Shown: positions 62,340-64,000 of the stretch, in pieces
Numbering within the stretch: the stretch's first letter is position 1
Layout: every line of letters begins with the position of its first letter
IMG/VR virus record: IMGVR_UViG_3300047554_000527
Coordinates: 8,387-72,386 of that record
DNA length: 64,000 nt
Source of the DNA: a virus
Taxonomy: Duplodnaviria; Heunggongvirae; Uroviricota; Caudoviricetes
Strand: one strand, 5' to 3'
Program-made: the position numbers and the translations under genes
The notes under the pieces: generated by a model
What the model saw: the letters and a program-made list of their open reading frames with translations, nothing else
Told to the model about the DNA's origin: nothing
Database searches by the model: none

Positions 62340-62716
62340 ACGTTGTATGCTTCAAATTCTTGTTCAGGTTGGACTGCAACTTTTTGATCTACAGGCTCGA
62401 ATGTCTTTTGAATTTTACTAGGAATTCCAGTAAAACGCAAGATGGTGCCGTGTTCAGCAATTTTAAGACTTCCTGCTACTACCCAGATCTGTTTTCCGCT
62501 AGCATCAATACCTGCTAACTTTCGTACTACACCATTAACTAGTCCAGTAGCAGTATCTTTGCCCCTGTTCCAATGATATGTAGTACCTTTGTTTGTCCAA
62601 ATCTGTTCATTGCCAGATTGTTTAATGCACCAAAGTTTCAATTGTGTAAGTGTGTATTCAGCGTTCATAACGAACCTCCTATGATATAGTGTAACATGGT
62701 ACAACCACTTTGTCAA
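62336..62716 (-). CDS. hypothetical protein
   Basis: 126-aa ORF. Confidence 0.35.
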   Translation of the reverse strand: MTKWLYHVTLYHRRFVMNAEYTLTQLKLWCIKQSGNEQIWTNKGTTYHWNRGKDTATGLVNGVVRKLAGIDASGKQIWVVAGSLKIAEHGTILRFTGIPSKIQKTFEPVDQKVAVQPEQEFEAYNV

Positions 62717-62747
62717 TCACTGATTTTACCAAATTGTAAATATCAAT

Positions 62748-63464
62748 ATGGAGTTATTATTTGATAATTGTAGAGGATTTATCTGTTCTATTCTGGACTA
62801 CGAAAATGTCTTGAAAATTTACAAGTCTAGATCTCATATACACGGAACCTTAAGAACTATTAAATCCGATGAATTATTTGAAAAATACTTAACTGAAGTG
62901 CTGTTAGGTAATGTCGAAAATTGTTATGTATTGGGTGCAGAAAATGTAACTACAAAAGAACTAGTTTCTTATTCAATAGTTTCGTTTCCAAAAACTAGTC
63001 CTTTTGGATTTATAATTTCTGCAGGAACAATACCTCCGTCGTCTGCATTAACTAATCGAGCACACGCAGGTGGTATTTCTTTACTAAGATTAGGAGTACT
63101 TCTAGGAAAAGAAAAAGGATATTTTGATATTTTCTGTAGTGTTAAATTAAGTTCGTATCTTCCACTGTGTAAAATGTTCAATGCATCTGAAAAATTGACT
63201 ACTAATATAAGCTATTGGATGATGCATAAAGTAGTTTATCCAAATGATCAATTAGTTACACCGATTGAAAAAGTATTACTAGGTCATAATGTACTTAAAA
63301 GAAAATACCCTATCGCTATTATTCAAATGTCAATAAAAGAAGAATTTAGAATAGAGTATTATAAAAAACATTTTACTGTTTCCGAAGAAACAATTAAAAA
63401 ATGTACGGTTCCGAATTATGCCTGTTCTACTTCGACAATAACATCACTGGCAACTAATTCTTGA
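62748..63464 (+). CDS. hypothetical protein (AT-rich, opposite strand to surrounding block)
   Basis: 238-aa ORF with visibly lower GC than neighbours. Confidence 0.35.
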   Translation: MELLFDNCRGFICSILDYENVLKIYKSRSHIHGTLRTIKSDELFEKYLTEVLLGNVENCYVLGAENVTTKELVSYSIVSFPKTSPFGFIISAGTIPPSSALTNRAHAGGISLLRLGVLLGKEKGYFDIFCSVKLSSYLPLCKMFNASEKLTTNISYWMMHKVVYPNDQLVTPIEKVLLGHNVLKRKYPIAIIQMSIKEEFRIEYYKKHFTVSEETIKKCTVPNYACSTSTITSLATNS

Positions 63465-63688
63465 ACAACCTGTTCAATGGTCGCAGGCAGATCATCAAAT
63501 CCTGTTTTCTCAGCAATGTCACCTCGGTCTCGAACCAGCTGACTCAATTTTACTACAAATACTGTCTCTTGAATTTTAGCCATTTGGCTTCTCCTCTTTA
63601 GTAGGTTGTTTTTTCTTGCCGAAGATTCTATCGTAACCTTCGTCAAATTTCTCTTTATCTGTAGGGCGTTGTCTATCGCCCTTACCAC
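63416..63688 (-). CDS. hypothetical small acidic protein (ACP-like?)
   Basis: helical acidic C-terminal half; lacks canonical DSL Ser motif. Confidence 0.25.
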   Translation of the reverse strand: MVRAIDNALQIKRNLTKVTIESSARKNNLLKRRSQMAKIQETVFVVKLSQLVRDRGDIAEKTGFDDLPATIEQVVQELVASDVIVEVEQA

Positions 63689-63699
63689 CGTTACCCATT

Positions 63700-63963
63700 T
63701 TAATCTCCAATTCTTAATGCTACAGCCACTACTAGATCATCTTCATGGCTTAGAGTCAAATGATATTTACCCTCTAGTAGATTGTCTGGATCTTCTATCT
63801 TGGGCGCGGAGTTAAATGGAAAACGAATTCTAAGTTGAGAGACCCTAAAAACTTCGCCTTTGGCTTTGACCAGTGCTTCTAAGCAGGCCCAGGTCTTTGC
63901 GGCGGCAACCGGTGTATTACCATCGACACTGAACTTTTCTAAAAAAGTATCCAGTGTTTTCAT
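63700..63963 (-). CDS. 4'-phosphopantetheinyl transferase (AcpS-like), C-terminal part (N-terminus beyond window end)
   Basis: ...TWACLEALVKAKGEVF... resembles AcpS W..KEA..KA.G motif. Confidence 0.4.
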   Translation of the reverse strand: MKTLDTFLEKFSVDGNTPVAAAKTWACLEALVKAKGEVFRVSQLRIRFPFNSAPKIEDPDNLLEGKYHLTLSHEDDLVVAVALRIGD

Positions 63964-64000
63964 TTTTTCAAATCTTGAAATGCGGGTTATGTCAATGCCA

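Noticed and set aside
63416-63688. Calling the 90-aa ORF an acyl carrier protein
   Set aside because: It is acidic and helical and lies next to a PPTase, but the expected D-S-L phosphopantetheine attachment motif is absent (DDLPAT). It is left as hypothetical
1-64000. Window being bacterial chromosome rather than phage
   Set aside because: rIIA/rIIB, DexA, NadV/NatV, bS21, dense tRNA array, TATAAATA late promoter, pervasive start/stop overlaps and many tiny ORFs are characteristic of a large T4-like phage genome

Overview
This window reads as part of a large T4-like (rIIA/rIIB-encoding) myovirus genome at about 42% GC, probably a marine phage of a heterotrophic (alphaproteobacterial?) host. 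I read it by eye, so all calls are hand-folded and motif-based. The profile is typical of large marine myoviruses. A dense minus-strand tRNA array of about 19 genes plus fragments fills the first 2.5 kb. After it come a plus-strand sugar/LPS-modification operon, then an antioxidant module and a desaturase. The striking system is a compact minus-strand operon (16.3-21.7 kb) that encodes a curli-like amyloid secretion machine, with a CHASE2-sensor adenylate cyclase directly downstream. It holds a CsgG lipoprotein, a CsgF-like protein and two secreted curlin-repeat proteins, one of them fused to a discoidin domain. Further auxiliary genes include heme oxygenase with two ferredoxin-dependent bilin reductases, a separate 5-aminolevulinate synthase, FabF/ClpS/Hsp20, and split ADP-heptose pathway genes. 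Others are a type IV pilin-like protein with an SPFH protein, rIIA/rIIB, a DNA N6-adenine methyltransferase with an unknown neighbour, and a NadV-macro-NadM/Nudix NAD+ module. A tandem array of at least 10 paralogous small proteins shares a C-terminal F..LKW(S) motif. There is also a lone tRNA with a CUA (amber-reading) anticodon, an S11 DD-carboxypeptidase, DexA, ribosomal protein bS21, ClpX and a truncated PPTase. Several rho-independent terminators and one T4-late-type TATAAATA promoter are visible.
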